Positions 1 through 12,240 of a stretch of 64,000 bases of DNA are shown here, piece by piece. Below the pieces are notes generated by a model, which was given only the letters and a program-made list of their open reading frames with translations, did not search any database and was not told where the DNA came from. A program made the position numbers and the translations under genes. This DNA is from Ginglymostoma cirratum. Lineage: Eukaryota. Positions within the stretch are counted from its first letter, which is position 1. Each line of letters opens with the position of its first letter. The DNA lies in NCBI GenBank assembly GCA_024137785.1, contig JAHRHZ010000166.1, positions 1,225,872-1,289,871 on the forward strand, read 5' to 3'.

Positions 1-1420
1 TAATACGGGGAAAATTGTTGTGATTTAAAGCCAATAAATCCCCCAGGACTGATAATCTACATTCAGAGTATTTAAGGAAGTAGCTCGAGAAATGGTTGAT
101 GCATTGATGGTCATCTTTCAGGATTACATAGACTCTGGAACAGTCCCTGCAGATTGGAGGGTGGCTAATGTCACTCTAATATTCAAAAAGGGTGGTAGGG
201 AGAAAATAGGGAATTATAGACCAGTAAGTCTATAATCGACAGTGGGGAAAATTATTGTTTCTATTTTCAAGGATTTTATAGCAGAGCATTTTTAAAACAA
301 TGGCAAGATCAGATAGAGTCGGCATGGATTTATGAAGGGGAAATCATTTATGACAAATCTGTTGGAATTCTACAAAGATGTAACTTTGGTAGAGTTGACA
401 AGGGGAGCCAGTCGATGTAGTACTTTTGGACTTTCAGAACGTGTTTGACAAAGTCCCACCTAAGAGGTTAATGTGCAGAAATAAAATACATGGGAATAGA
501 GGATATTGAGACGGTTAGGAAACTGGTTGACGGAGAGGAAACAAAGTATAGGAATTAATGGATCCTTTTCAAATTGCCAGGCAGTAACTAATGGGGTCAC
601 AGTGATCGGTGCTGGAATACCAGCTATTCACAATATAGATTGAAGATTTGGATGATGAAACAAAATGTAACATCTCCAAGTTTGCAGATGACACCAAGCT
701 GGGTGGGAGGGTGAACTGGGACGAGGATACAGGGATCCTTCAGCATGATCCCGACGTTAGGTGAGTAGGAAACTCGTTGACGGATGCAGTATAATTTGGA
801 TAAATGTGACGTTATTCACATCAGAAGCAGAAACAAGAAGGCAGGTTGCTACTTGAATGGCTGTAAATTGGGAGAAGGGAGTGTGCAGCAGGACAGTTTG
901 CACCAGTCACTGCATGTAAGGATACAGGTGCAGCAGCTGGCAAAGAAGGCAAATTGTATGTTGGCCTTCATTGCGAGAGGTTTCGAGTACAGGATCAGGG
1001 ATGTGTTTTGGCAGTTGTACAGAGCCTTGGTGAGATCAGACTGAAATATTGTGTGCAATTTTAATGCCCTTTTTCTGAGGAAGGATGCTCTTGCTCTCGA
1101 GGGAGTGCAACAAAGGTTTACCAGACTGATTCCAGGGAAGGTGGGTTTGAAATATGCGGAGAGATTGACTAGGTTGGGATTGTTTTCGTTACAATACACA
1201 CGAATGAGGGGAGATCTCATACAGACTTATAAAATCAAGGGTTACGGGAAGAGAGCAGGTCTCAGTGGGCCGAATGGCCAAATTTCGGCCTAATTTATGT
1301 CGTATGGTCTTAAAATCCTAACATGACTGGAAAGGGTATATGCAGGGAGAATGTTCCCTACGGTGATTGTGTCCATAAACAGGGGTCGCAGTATGAGGAT
1401 TCATGGTAGATTATTTATTT
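1..1420 (+). mobile_element. Decayed CR1-type LINE, ORF2/RT region; resumes at ~1745-1880 and 3186-3318 after nested insertions
   Basis: RT-like peptides in ORFs 784-1044 and 1051-1293 (e.g. LEGVQQRFTRLIPG, RMRGDLIQTYKI) and an SKFADDTK-encoding stretch near 675-700; frameshifts and stops. Confidence 0.9.
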
Positions 1421-1740
1421 CATAGATAGAAACCCTACAGTGTTAGAAACAGGCCCTTCAGCCCAACCAGTCCACACTGACCCACAGAGCATCCCACCCA
1501 GACCCATCCCCCTATAACCCACCTAAATCTATATGTCCCTGGACACTATGGGGCAATTTAGCATAGCCAATCCACCTAAACTGCACATCTTTGGACTGTG
1601 GGAGGAAACCAGCGCCCCGGAGGAAATCCAGGCAGACACAGGAAGAATGCGCAAATGCCACACAGACTGTCACCCGAGGGTGGAATCGAACCCAAGTCCC
1701 TGGCACTGTGAAGTAACAGTGCCAACCACTAAGCCATCGT
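1421..1740 (-). mobile_element. HE1-like V-SINE (tRNA-derived)
   Basis: Reverse complement has a tRNA-like A/B-box head (tggcttagtggttggcactg...gggttcgattcc), the V-SINE core (ggtttcctcccacagtccaaagatgtgcag) and a CR1-like tail; matches copies at 27290, 51657 and 53790. Confidence 0.88.
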
Positions 1741-1880
1741 GATTTGGGATGAAGATATAAGGGCATTTCTTCACCAAAGAGTGGTGAGCCTGTGGAATTG
1801 ATTACCGCAGGAAGTAGTTGATGCCAAATCATTGAATGTATTCAAGAGACGACTAGATATAGCACTTGAGATGAATGTGA

Positions 1881-3185
1881 ACAAAGAACAAAGAACAAAG
1901 AAAATTACAGCACAGGAACAGGCCCTTCAGCCCTCCAAGCCTGCGCCGATCGAGATCCTCTGTCTCAACCTGTCATTTATTTTCTAAGGGTCTGTATCCC
2001 TTTGTTCCCTTTCCATCCATGTACCTGTCCAGATACATCTTAAAAGACACTAACGTGACTGCGTCTACCACCTCTGCTGGCAACGTGTTCCAGGCACCCA
2101 CCACCCTCTGTGTAAAGAACTTTCCATGCATATCTCCCATAAACTTTCCTCCTCTCACTTTGAACTCATGACCCAGAGTAATTGAGTTCCTCACTCTGGG
2201 AAAAAGCTTCTTGCTGTCCAACTTGTCTATACCCCTCATGATTTTGTAGACCTCAATCAGGTTCCCCCCTCAATCTCCGTCTTTCTAATGAAAATAGTCC
2301 TAGTCTACTCCACCTTTCTTCATAGCTAGCGCCCTCCATACCAGGCAACATCCTGGTGAACCTCCTCTGCACCCTCTCCAAAGCATCCACATCCTTTTGG
2401 TAATGTGGCGACCAGAACTGTACGCAGTACTCTAAATGTGGCCGAACCAAAGTCTTATACAACTGTAACATGACCTGCCAACTCTTGTACTCAATACCCC
2501 GTCCGATGAAGGAAAGCATGCCGTATGCCTTCTTGACAACTCTATTGACCTGTTTTGCCACCTTCAGGGAACAATGGACCTGAACACCCAGATCTTTCTG
2601 TACATCAATTTTCCCCAGGACTTTTCCATTTACTGTATAGTTTGCTCTTGAATTAGATCTTCCAAAATGCATCACCTCGCATTTGCCCGGATTGAACTCC
2701 ATCTGCCATTTATCTGCCCAACTCTCCAATCTATCTATATTCTGCTGTAATCTCTGACAGTCCCCTTCACTACCTGCTACTCCACCAATCTTCATGTCAT
2801 CTGCAAACTTGCTAATCAGACCACCTATACCTTCCTCCAAATCATTTACGTATATCACAAACAACAGTGGTCCCAGCACAGATCCCTGTGGAACACCACT
2901 GGTCACAGGTCTCCAATTTGAGAAACCCCCTTCCACTACTACTCTCTGTCTCCTGTTTTTTATCCATCTAGCTAGCACACCCATGCGACTTCATTTTCTC
3001 CATCAGCCTGCCATGGGGAACTTTATCAAACGCCTTACTGAAGTCCATGTATATGACATCTACAGCAGTTCCCTCATTAATCAACTTTGTCACGTCCTCA
3101 AAGAATTCTAGTAAGTTGGTAAGACGTGACCTTCCCTGCACAAAACCATGTTGTCTCTCACTGATAAGCCCATTTTCTTCCAAAA
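1881..3185 (-). mobile_element. 5'-truncated CR1 LINE inserted into an older CR1, with a 7-bp TSD
   Basis: ORFs 2253-2984 (GVPQGSVLGP, SKFADD) and 1973-2239; (ctttgtt)n tail; aatgtga duplicated at 1874-1880 and 3186-3192. Confidence 0.92.
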
Positions 3186-3599
3186 AATGTGATCAAAGGT
3201 TTTGGGGAGAAATCAACATTAGGCTATTGAGCTGGATGATCAGCCATGATCGTGAAGAATGGCGGGGTAGGCTTGAAGGGCCAAATGTCCTCATCATACT
3301 CCTATTTTCTATGTTTCTAAATGGAATAGGCTTCAGAAATATGATGTGCAAAGAGACTTAAGAGTTCTAGTTCGGAATTCTCTCAAGATTTACATCCGGG
3401 TAATTTGATAGTTAAGAAGACAAATACAATGTTGTCATTAATTTCAAGAAAACTAGAATATAATAGCGAAAATGTGCCGCTGAGGCTCTACAAGACTCTG
3501 GACAGACCTCATTTTGGATATTGTGAGCAGTATTTTGCCTTATATATGAGGAAAGATTAATGATTTTGCTTCAGTATCTTATAGTCTTATTGTTCTTTT

Positions 3600-4745
3600 T
3601 TTTGCTTCCACCAACCTTTTTTTTCCAGTCAATTTTGCACAACTCTGTTTTTGCCCCATTTGAATGTCTCCTTCTACACTAACTGATTTTGTTTTCACTT
3701 TGGATTGTGCCAACTTGTTTCATTTCACCGTACCGAATCTTATAATACACATACCATTGAGTACTCAATGTTTGCTCAACGGCAATTGATCCACTTTTCC
3801 CACCTCATTTCCAAGGACCACGTTCAATGATTATTCATTTTCTTTTTTTTTTTACTGATCAAACACTTTTTTTAGGAAACTGTCATGAATACATTATAGG
3901 AGCCCCTGTTTCTCATTGTCCCATACATGAGCAGTAACCCAGTTTATATTTGGCTAACAAATGCCTTCCATTACAACCATTCTAAAATGTTGGTATTTTC
4001 CTGGAAATTTCCTGCAGATTTGTTCTTCTAAATCTTCTCCTTGAGGTGATTATCTCTGTGCTTCACTAATCAATGTATTTGTTCCAATAATATTCCTTAG
4101 CTCAAGTTCAGTTGTTGACCACTCTGAAAAGCACTGAAATACCGTTCTTAACATATAGTTCTACTCCTCCTCATGGCTTACCTTATCTATCCTTTGTTTT
4201 TGCAAAATATATATCCAGGAATATTTAAAACCAAGTCTTTCCCTCTTTTAGACAGTGCTCTATCACTGTCACAGCATTGTATTTCTATATGACAGTCGTG
4301 TCTGTAGCTCCTGAATCGTATTTCCTAAATGTTAGCTCTATATTAAATTTCATTTCTTTCTCCCTATCTCCGTCCTCAGCTATTATCTTGTTATTCTCTT
4401 TACTAGTGCCAGCTGTAACCCCAACTAAATTGGCTCGGACAATTATCTTCAATTATTCGCTTTTGTTTCCCACACCGCTTCCAATTTAGGTTAAATCCCT
4501 CTCAGTAACTGTAGCACAACATGTCATAAGGAAATTCGCTCCACCTCTATTCAAACACAACCATCCCTTGTACAAAATCCATCAACTCTGCATAAGTCTC
4601 AGTTTTCCAGGAATCTAAACTCCTGCTCTATCTGTGCTATTAGCACCATAATCCTTAGTATCCTAATTCTTAATTCATTAACACACTGGCAGTGATGTGG
4701 AGACTCCCAGAGGTAACGCAAAATTACAGTTCAAACTTCCTGGTA
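3600..4745 (-). mobile_element. Highly decayed CR1-like LINE (ORF1/endonuclease junction) in the intron downstream of the gene A VJ exon
   Basis: 4485-4620 resembles the CR1 ORF1/ORF2 junction seen at 30620-30760 and 26385-26520. Confidence 0.6.
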
Positions 4746-4783
4746 ATTTATGATGAAATGAGTGAAGCAGTCTTAAGTCTTAC

Positions 4784-5122
4784 CTGTTACAAGCAACTTT
4801 GATCCATTGCCCATTTTGTAGGGCATTCCATAATATTTCCTGGCTGCACAGTAATAGTGACCTGAATCATTTCTCTGGACATCCCGAATGACAAGAGTAA
4901 AAATAGTCGAGTCGTCGTTAATTTTTCCAGAAAATCTTCCATCTGGAGCAAAGTGCTTTTGCACAATATAAACAAGTTGCAGATGTTCTCGTAGCTGTTG
5001 TTTGTACCAGTGAACACCTCCACTTGAGTACCAGCTAGTGTAGCAATTCAGTGTCACTGTACTTCCAACGGAAATTGTTTGTAATGGAGGAGTCTGTGGG
5101 AGAGCTTTCTGAACAGCAGTAA
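4784..5122 (-). CDS. Gene A exon 2: germline-joined V-J Ig V-set domain (VTAVQKALPQ...C...WYKQ...DSGHYYCAARKYYGMPYKMGNGSKLLVT)
   Basis: Canonical V-set residues (Cys, WYKQ, RFSG, D-x-G-x-Y-Y-C, G-x-G-S-x-L-x-V); acceptor ttttaatag| at 5123-5124; donor ACAG|gtaaga; 339 nt, phase 1/1; same length as the gene B V exon. Confidence 0.93.
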
Positions 5123-5575
5123 CTATTAAAACAGGACATGTCACAAGAAATACAGGCTTTACAAAAATGGAACTAATCAAGGGAAATCTGTATGGAATGA
5201 AGGGAGAAAGGAGGGGAGTAACTAAACTCACATGTTAATTGTTTGAATCTAAGAAAACTGGCAGACAATTTCGCTCAACCGAAGATTCTTCAAACAATAA
5301 TTGCATAATAAACATATAATCTATATTCATCATTTTGGTAAAGAGATGCGCATTAGTCCAGAATACTGTGTAGAATCATCAGTGTATTTGTTTTTCTTCA
5401 TCCCAATAGTATCTATGAGATGTGGATTGTCGGTTAATTTTACACCATTTTAGATAATACAGTTCTTCAGTATGATACTGATGTTAAAGTTAAAGCCACT
5501 TTATGTTCCACTAGATGAAACTACCCATTTACTTTACCCTGGAAATAGTCTGGAATAAAAGCATAAAAGTCTAAC

Positions 5576-5618
5576 CTGGCATAAGACTGAAAAGTGTACC
5601 AACACAGAAGATATTCAT
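5576..5618 (-). CDS. Gene A exon 1: leader peptide MNIFCVGTLFSLMP
   Basis: ATG at 5618, 43 nt ending CCAG|gttaga (phase 1, compatible with the V exon); same size and ending as the gene B leader. Confidence 0.8.
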
Positions 5619-5783
5619 TGTTTTCAGACGATCTTCTCGCTCTGATCTTCACACTGCTTGCTTCTGTTCTTTTTTCTCCTAATGCCCAACCTTGAGGCAC
5701 CACGTGCTGAAAAGCATAACCGTCAAAATTATGTACTGCGTTTACAAATAGCTGAATGGAAACAGTACAGCAATGCACAGGAT

Positions 5784-5807
5784 CACTGTGGGTTTCCTGT
5801 TTACACG
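5784..5807 (-). promoter_or_regulatory. Gene A conserved promoter element: FOX:ETS composite (GTAAACAGGAAAC) with adjacent RUNX-like site
   Basis: gggtttcctgtttacacg (5790-5807) is 18/18 identical to 47862-47879 upstream of gene B; lies ~170 bp 5' of the ATG. Confidence 0.65.
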
Positions 5808-8244
5808 ATAGACATCCATATATAAATCTTTCTGCAAAGGTCAGTTGATAACTATTCGGTTTCAATATGTTAGAAAGGTGGTTTGCGGTACAAAATGAGA
5901 ACAAAAATAACTTCTACACTGAATTTTGTATGGGCAGCAAGAAGTGGCCTGGTGCTAAACATTTTGTATTGGTCCAGAATGTAACCATTTCGAACCTAGT
6001 GCATGAATGAAGGAAATCATCACATCTTGCAACAGAACTGTCTCCGTCTTTTAGTAACTTTTCACGCAGAACATAGCCTGCCTCGTTCCATTTTGCACCT
6101 GCTCTTTATTCCCCTAATCTGGTGTCGAATGTCACTCAGTGGATAGAAGATTAGCTTGAGAGGTAAAATATCTTAATTTAATGCGTTCCTCCAAAATTTT
6201 GAACACAATGTAAAAGACAATTGCAAAGTTTAGGGTACAGGTGTTCTGCACTTGTAAAGGTATTCGTTCACCTGGGACATTAACTCGATACAGCCTACTT
6301 GGCTTTTCAGTTATCATAAAATATCATATTAGAACTACATTCTCGAAATTATCAGGAGAGTTTCTACAATTTTCCTGTACACAATATCCCTATAACACAT
6401 AATTGGAGGAAGCGCCTTTGGTTATTGGACGTCGTTGATGGCACAAACTTGCTTTGCAAACATTTGTTACCATATAATAGCATTAAGAAAGTGGCGACGT
6501 TTTATTTCTACTCTTTATGTCTTTATGCTATTTGAGTCACTGCCGCTGTCTAAATACAGGTCTACATCAATTGTCCTATATGTTTCTCTCTGTCTCGTTG
6601 ATAACCATTGCTGTCAACGTAACAAGGAGTGGAAATTGACATAGAAATCTATGGCTGAACTCTGCATAATTTATTTGACTTTGCTTGCTTAGTTACCGAA
6701 AACAATACAAGTCACAATTAAGTAGTCAACCGTTTATGCTTTGGATTAAGCATTGTCTAAATTGTTTAATTGCCTGTGACAAGCATACAAATACGCACAT
6801 AAGTCTGCATATGAAAAATTAACCTCAGTAAAGAATACAAGTGGAACATAAAATGATTGTTATGCGTGTTTAATAAGTACTTTTATGCAATAACATAATA
6901 GGCTTCAAGTACAAGTACCATAAGAGTAAGAAGCCTCTGTTGGGTTTTGTTATTTGACGAATAGATGCACGAATGAAAAATGATGGAATAACGATAAATA
7001 CTGCACAAAGGAAAATAGGTAACAGAAACTTTGAGACATAGTCATGCCATTTCTAAGACAATGAATTGATTGTTCGAATACACGACAGAATAAAATTCAG
7101 CCAAGTGCTGAAGTGAACAAGGATAAAGCATATGAGGTTTAAGGAAGTAAAAACATGAAACGATATATTTGTTGCTATCAAATAATTTTATATTTCTAAC
7201 CAGAAAGCTAGCAATAACATTGCAATTGGTCTTTGGATGAATATAATGGCAGCGATTTTTCTTTTAATGCTAAAGTTTCATGAATGATGCCGGTGCGATC
7301 TACTTGTTGTATAGGGAAAGATAATGCTAAGAAGGGAAATAACTGTACAATAATTTGATTTTTAAATACATAAACAAATAATAACATAACATCTCGTGAT
7401 CAAAATGAGCAATAGCCAAATAAATTCTGCTGTACACATATTTGTTTCAGCATGAGTTTGAAAACTTCCTTTTGTGCCTTTTCCCAATTTCCTTCCACAT
7501 GAATCAAGCACTGTAATTCAGTCACCACACTAACAATTCTTTAACACATTTCAACTGCCAATTCAAATCACCATCAATACTCTGTTTGAAATAAACCCGA
7601 ATTACTGTTTTCTTCACGATTATACACCATCTCATCAATGTATTCATTACACAATGTGTTGCATTCATCCAAAAGCACTCTATCAATTTACACCTCCCCA
7701 TTACGAATCAGTAATCTTAAGTCACTCGCTTCCTTCTTTGAAACATTGCTGCTTATCTACACTTGATTCCTCAGTTGATTTTTTTGTTCTACTCCCTACA
7801 ATCTTCCGCACCAATTCCAAATCACCTCAACCACAGGCCAGGCCGGTTTTCAACTTCAACTTATCAACATCTACCCGTTATTCATCATTACTGACTCTCC
7901 CTTTAAATAACATTACCCTTTCCACTTTGTCTTTATATTGCAACTCTTTAATTGGTTCTTCACAATCACCCTCATTCTTAGCCACTTCCCCCATTATATT
8001 TTGGAATGGGAAAGTGGACATTGGATTCATTCCTCACCTTACAAGCCAAGTTTACTGATCTGAGTAACTATGAACTCATTTCTAATGTCTGAGTGTAAAT
8101 GAGATGATAAATTAATGCCAGTTTGTTGAGGGAAGGAAAAATGAAAGAAAGGAATGTTAGTGGACCGAGTTAATGTGTGATGAATACGGATCACCTAATG
8201 TTGAGGTTCAATGTGTGAGGATAATCTGAGGATTTGGGGGAAGT

Positions 8245-9650
8245 TCATGGCACACTGGTATTATCTCTAGACTATGAATCCAGAAACTCGGCTAATTTTC
8301 TATGGACTGTATCAAATTATACCATAGCAGATGGCAGAATTTGAATTGATGATGATGAATGTTTTGACTATTGTCAGGTAACATCCAGCTAGCTCGCGAA
8401 TATCCTGCAGGGTAGGACATTTTCCAAAGTCACCTGGTTTGACCTGCATGTGATTCCAGACACACAGCAATATAATTGACTCTCAACTGCCGTCTGAAAT
8501 GGCCAGACAATTCATCCATTTGTATCAATCATTATGAATTTTCAACAATGAAACCAGATGCCTCCTGGCGTTGACCTAGGTACTGGAAATGACAATGGCA
8601 GATAAGGCCCTGTTGACCTTCAAATTATTCCTTACAAACGTCTGATGAATAATGCGAAAATTGGTTGAACTTTTTCACAGGATACTCAAGCAGATTACTC
8701 AAGCCGGACGTATTCATATGCATGGAATCATACCTGACAACGTCCCAGACACTACAATTACAATTTCTGGACATATCCTGTGCCTCGGCAGGGCAGGCAC
8801 AATACAGGTGGCTGTGCAGCAATTTACAGTAGGGACGATGTTGTCCTCAACATTGACAGCGGACACCAGGATGTGTCACAGTTTCAGGTTAAACATTGCA
8901 AATGAAATCTCCTGCTCATTACCACCTATTGCCCTCCCTCAGCTTACAAATCAATCCTCCTCCATGTTTAACAACGCTCATAGGAAGTACTGAGAGTGGC
9001 ATAGTTGTAGACTCTACTCTGGGAGAGGGATTTCAGTGTCCATCACCATATCTGTTTTAGTAGTAGGACTACAGGTTGCCTGATCGAGGCAAAAAGGAAA
9101 TGGCTGTTAAATTTGTCTTCAGCCAATGGTGATTGAACCAACAACAGGGAACAGCATACTGTCCTTATTCTTCTCGGTCTGCCAGCTGCAAATGCATCTC
9201 TCATTGACAGTATCGGTAAGAGTGTGCAATTCTTGTGAAATGAAGTCAGCAAAATTTTGAGCCATTGAGAATATCGTCCACTGTATTGTGTGGCTCTACG
9301 CCCATGTAAAATGGAACAGGCTTGAAAAAGTCCAGTAACTCAAGACTGTGCATCCGTGGAGCGCTGTGGGCCAGCAACAGCAGCAGAATTGTACAAACTG
9401 CAACTTCACAGTCCAGCATATTCCACTACCATCAAGCCAGTGGAATTAGCCCTTGTTCAATGGACGTGCAGAAGGGCATGTTAGGAGCTCACCAGCCATT
9501 TCTTAAAAACTGATATGTCAAACTGGTGAAGTAAACAAACATGCATGCCAAACAACAATGGAGCCATTGTTAGTCAGAGCTAAGCGATTGCACAATCAAT
9601 TAATCAGACTTAAGGTCTGCACTCCTGCTACATCGAATTGTGAATGTGAG
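8245..9650 (+). mobile_element. Decayed LINE (CR1/L2-like) 5' region with tRNA-like head and endonuclease remnants
   Basis: tRNA-like start (ggcacactggtattatctctagact...), endonuclease-like remnants in ORF 8652-8993 (PDNVPDTTITISG); many stops. Confidence 0.55.
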
Positions 9651-10159
9651 TGAGCAATTAATCTGGAGAAGTAGGCTCTGCAGCTATCCCAAGCAAACGT
9701 TCCAGTGTTGGTGAATTGGATTCTACTATTTTCCTCTGATGTTTTGGCAGCGCTTGCAGCAGTACTGGAGCAAATGATCTCTCCGTTATTGGGAATTAAT
9801 TTGGACAATCAAGCGGTTCTCAGAAGCTGAGATGAGCCCTGGCCCTGGAGAATTGTGACAGTTTCCTGGCTATGGCAGCGGCTGGAGTTTCTGTAGCTTT
9901 GGCAGAGGCTCGTTTTGTGTCCAGTCACCGGGGTCACGGGCTGCTTCAGGGTCCTTTTACCTTGGTGTTCTGGTCTTCGGAAAGCTTTGGCAGATCGAGT
10001 GTGGCAGCTTGCTATAGCTACTTCGGAAATCATTCCGCTATGGATGGGAAAAAAAATTGTCCGAACTTTGTATGATTCATTTATTTTTATAATTAATGTA
10101 ATTAAAATGGTGCCGGCTTCTGGTGACTTAGACACGTTACTGTATTTTCATAAATACCC

Positions 10160-12240
10160 GTGAAATAACTACGCAGAGACCAGTATCCCGAGACCAAGAA
10201 ACCCCTTACTTACACTGCATTGGCTCCGACGAGCCAGCTCAAAGCCAAACTCCAGACTGAAGAGAAGACTGAATCTCCTATTTATATTTGTCAGCCAGGG
10301 CTCCCTGGTTGGTCTGGGTAACAACTCCAATCAAGGATCTCTTGGTAAAAATAACAGGCCTACATCACCACCCGACCTACCCCCAAGTCCCGGAACGTCA
10401 TTGTTTCTCTCGTAGCTTCTTCTGGGAAGTTTTCACCACAGGTACGTTTTCTCTGATTCGGCCTCGGGCAGTATGTAGAGCTCAGTATCTTGTTCTTATG
10501 CTGACAGCGTTTCAGGAGAGTTTCTTCTTCACCTTCTGATGGTAACGGTATCGAGGATGCATCCACCTTGAACTGTGAGGTATCCTCAGGTCAAATTAGA
10601 GGGGAAAAGCCCACAGTTCCTAACAATCTTTCTGGTTGTTCTGAAGGGAGAGGTATAATTTGCTCCTGCTTCGTTTCCATGATAGCAGCTTTGAGGTGAT
10701 TGATATGTTTGTTCAGGACCACTTCACCGACCCGAACTTCGTATGTTGTGCATCCTAACCTTGCATCCAACTAGCCTCCAGCCCGTGCATTTCCATGATT
10801 CGGGCACCAAACTTAGTTCTCCAAAGTAAACTGTCTTTCTCTATCTTAGAGGAAGCAGATGGTTGGCTTTGGCTCTGCTGATATCGTTTAATGCTCCCCG
10901 CCAGGTACAGGAATATTATGTTTAATCAGGTGCAGAGTCTTCTCCTGATCAACAAATCTGCTGGAGCTATGACGGTAGTTGCAGAGTGGTGGCCCTAGAA
11001 TCAGACAGGAACCCGGACAGTTTGGTACGGAGTGAAGCTGTTGCTGTTTCTTTAAGCCCGCCTTCAAAGCATGTACTGAATGCCATTCGACTATAGGACG
11101 TACTCAATCGCCTTGCTGAGAAATGACACCCCATTGTCCATGACCAAAACTTCTGGGAGCCTGTGTAGTGTAAGTGATGCTCACAGTTTTTCAATCATCA
11201 TCCCTGACTTTGCCCAGTGAGCTCTACGTACACCCAAACATTTTGGATGGGCATCGACACTCACCAGGAACATTGAGCCCATGAAACAACTTGCATGGTG
11301 GACATGTAACCGACTCCAGGCTTTACCCAGCCATTCCGATGAATGTGGGGGTGTTGCTGGGGCAAATGTATGTCCTTGTTGGCACTCTGGGCACCGCCCT
11401 AGCAACGCAGCTATGTCGGCATCCAATCCTGGTCACCAAACATAACTTCTTCCAAACATCTTTAGTTTGGAAACCCCTGGATGATCCTGTTGGAATTCAG
11501 CCAGTATCTGACCATGACCTTTCCTTGGGAATTCACTCCTTCTCCTAATAGGCCATCCTCTGCAGCGATCTGGTCCCGTTGCATCTGGAAAAGTTTCAGC
11601 TCTGTTTGTGATGGCCCATCTGTTTCCCCCATTTCCAACAGCTTGTTGTTTTGCCAGAACGGGATTCTTTTGAAAATTAGTTAAAATTGGAAATATATTA
11701 GGGTGTTCACATTACAGTGTTCTAAGGTAAAGACTGTTCCGTCGCACCGGTCTCTGTACAGGACTCACTGCAATGCACTGTTCCGAGGGTTGCTACCCAT
11801 GTGCTACTGTGGGGCTTATTCTCTGCACTGCCCCAGGCTTGCGGCCCAGGTGCTGCTCCAGGCCTCATTGTTCGCAGTGTTCTGGGGCTCACGGGGCTTG
11901 ACTGCAGGCTCCTGAGTTCAAGGCCACTCTGCTTGCTCCAGTTCTCCACTGTTTCGGCCCATCTGCTCCAGACTGCCGTGGGTCTTGCCTACTCGCTCTG
12001 GTCCCTTGCTGGCCTCAGCCCGTGCTCAAGCGGTTCTTTGCCTGCTCACTCTAGCCCGCAGTGTGTCTCAGCCTGCTTGTTCCAGCCTATCTTGGATCTT
12101 GGCCCGCTCACCCCAGCCCTCTGCAACTGTATACTCCAAGGTGGGTGAGACAAAAGAGGGGAAAGGTTAAAGGAAATGGTGAGCAGAGGTGTTCCAAATT
12201 GAGCATCGTACTCTGCCACCATCTTTCTTCCACTATAAGG
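10160..12240 (-). mobile_element. Decayed Ty3/Gypsy LTR retrotransposon (K02A2.6/Mag-like integrase)
   Basis: ORF 11181-11426 gives the integrase Zn-finger/core start (CPECQQ...WSRLHV...FMGSMFLVSVDAH). Confidence 0.75.

Noticed and set aside
4847-4853. Cryptic heptamer TACTGTG at the YYC codons of gene A
   Set aside because: Expected from Tyr-Cys codons; no nonamer seen; gene B has TTCTGTG.
5784-5790. Perfect RSS heptamer CACTGTG near gene A
   Set aside because: No nonamer at 12/23 spacing on the correct side, it lies upstream of the leader, and it is not conserved in gene B (TACTGCG).
5521-5904. 127-aa ORF over the gene A promoter and leader
   Set aside because: Different frame from the real leader, no recognisable domain, not conserved at gene B.
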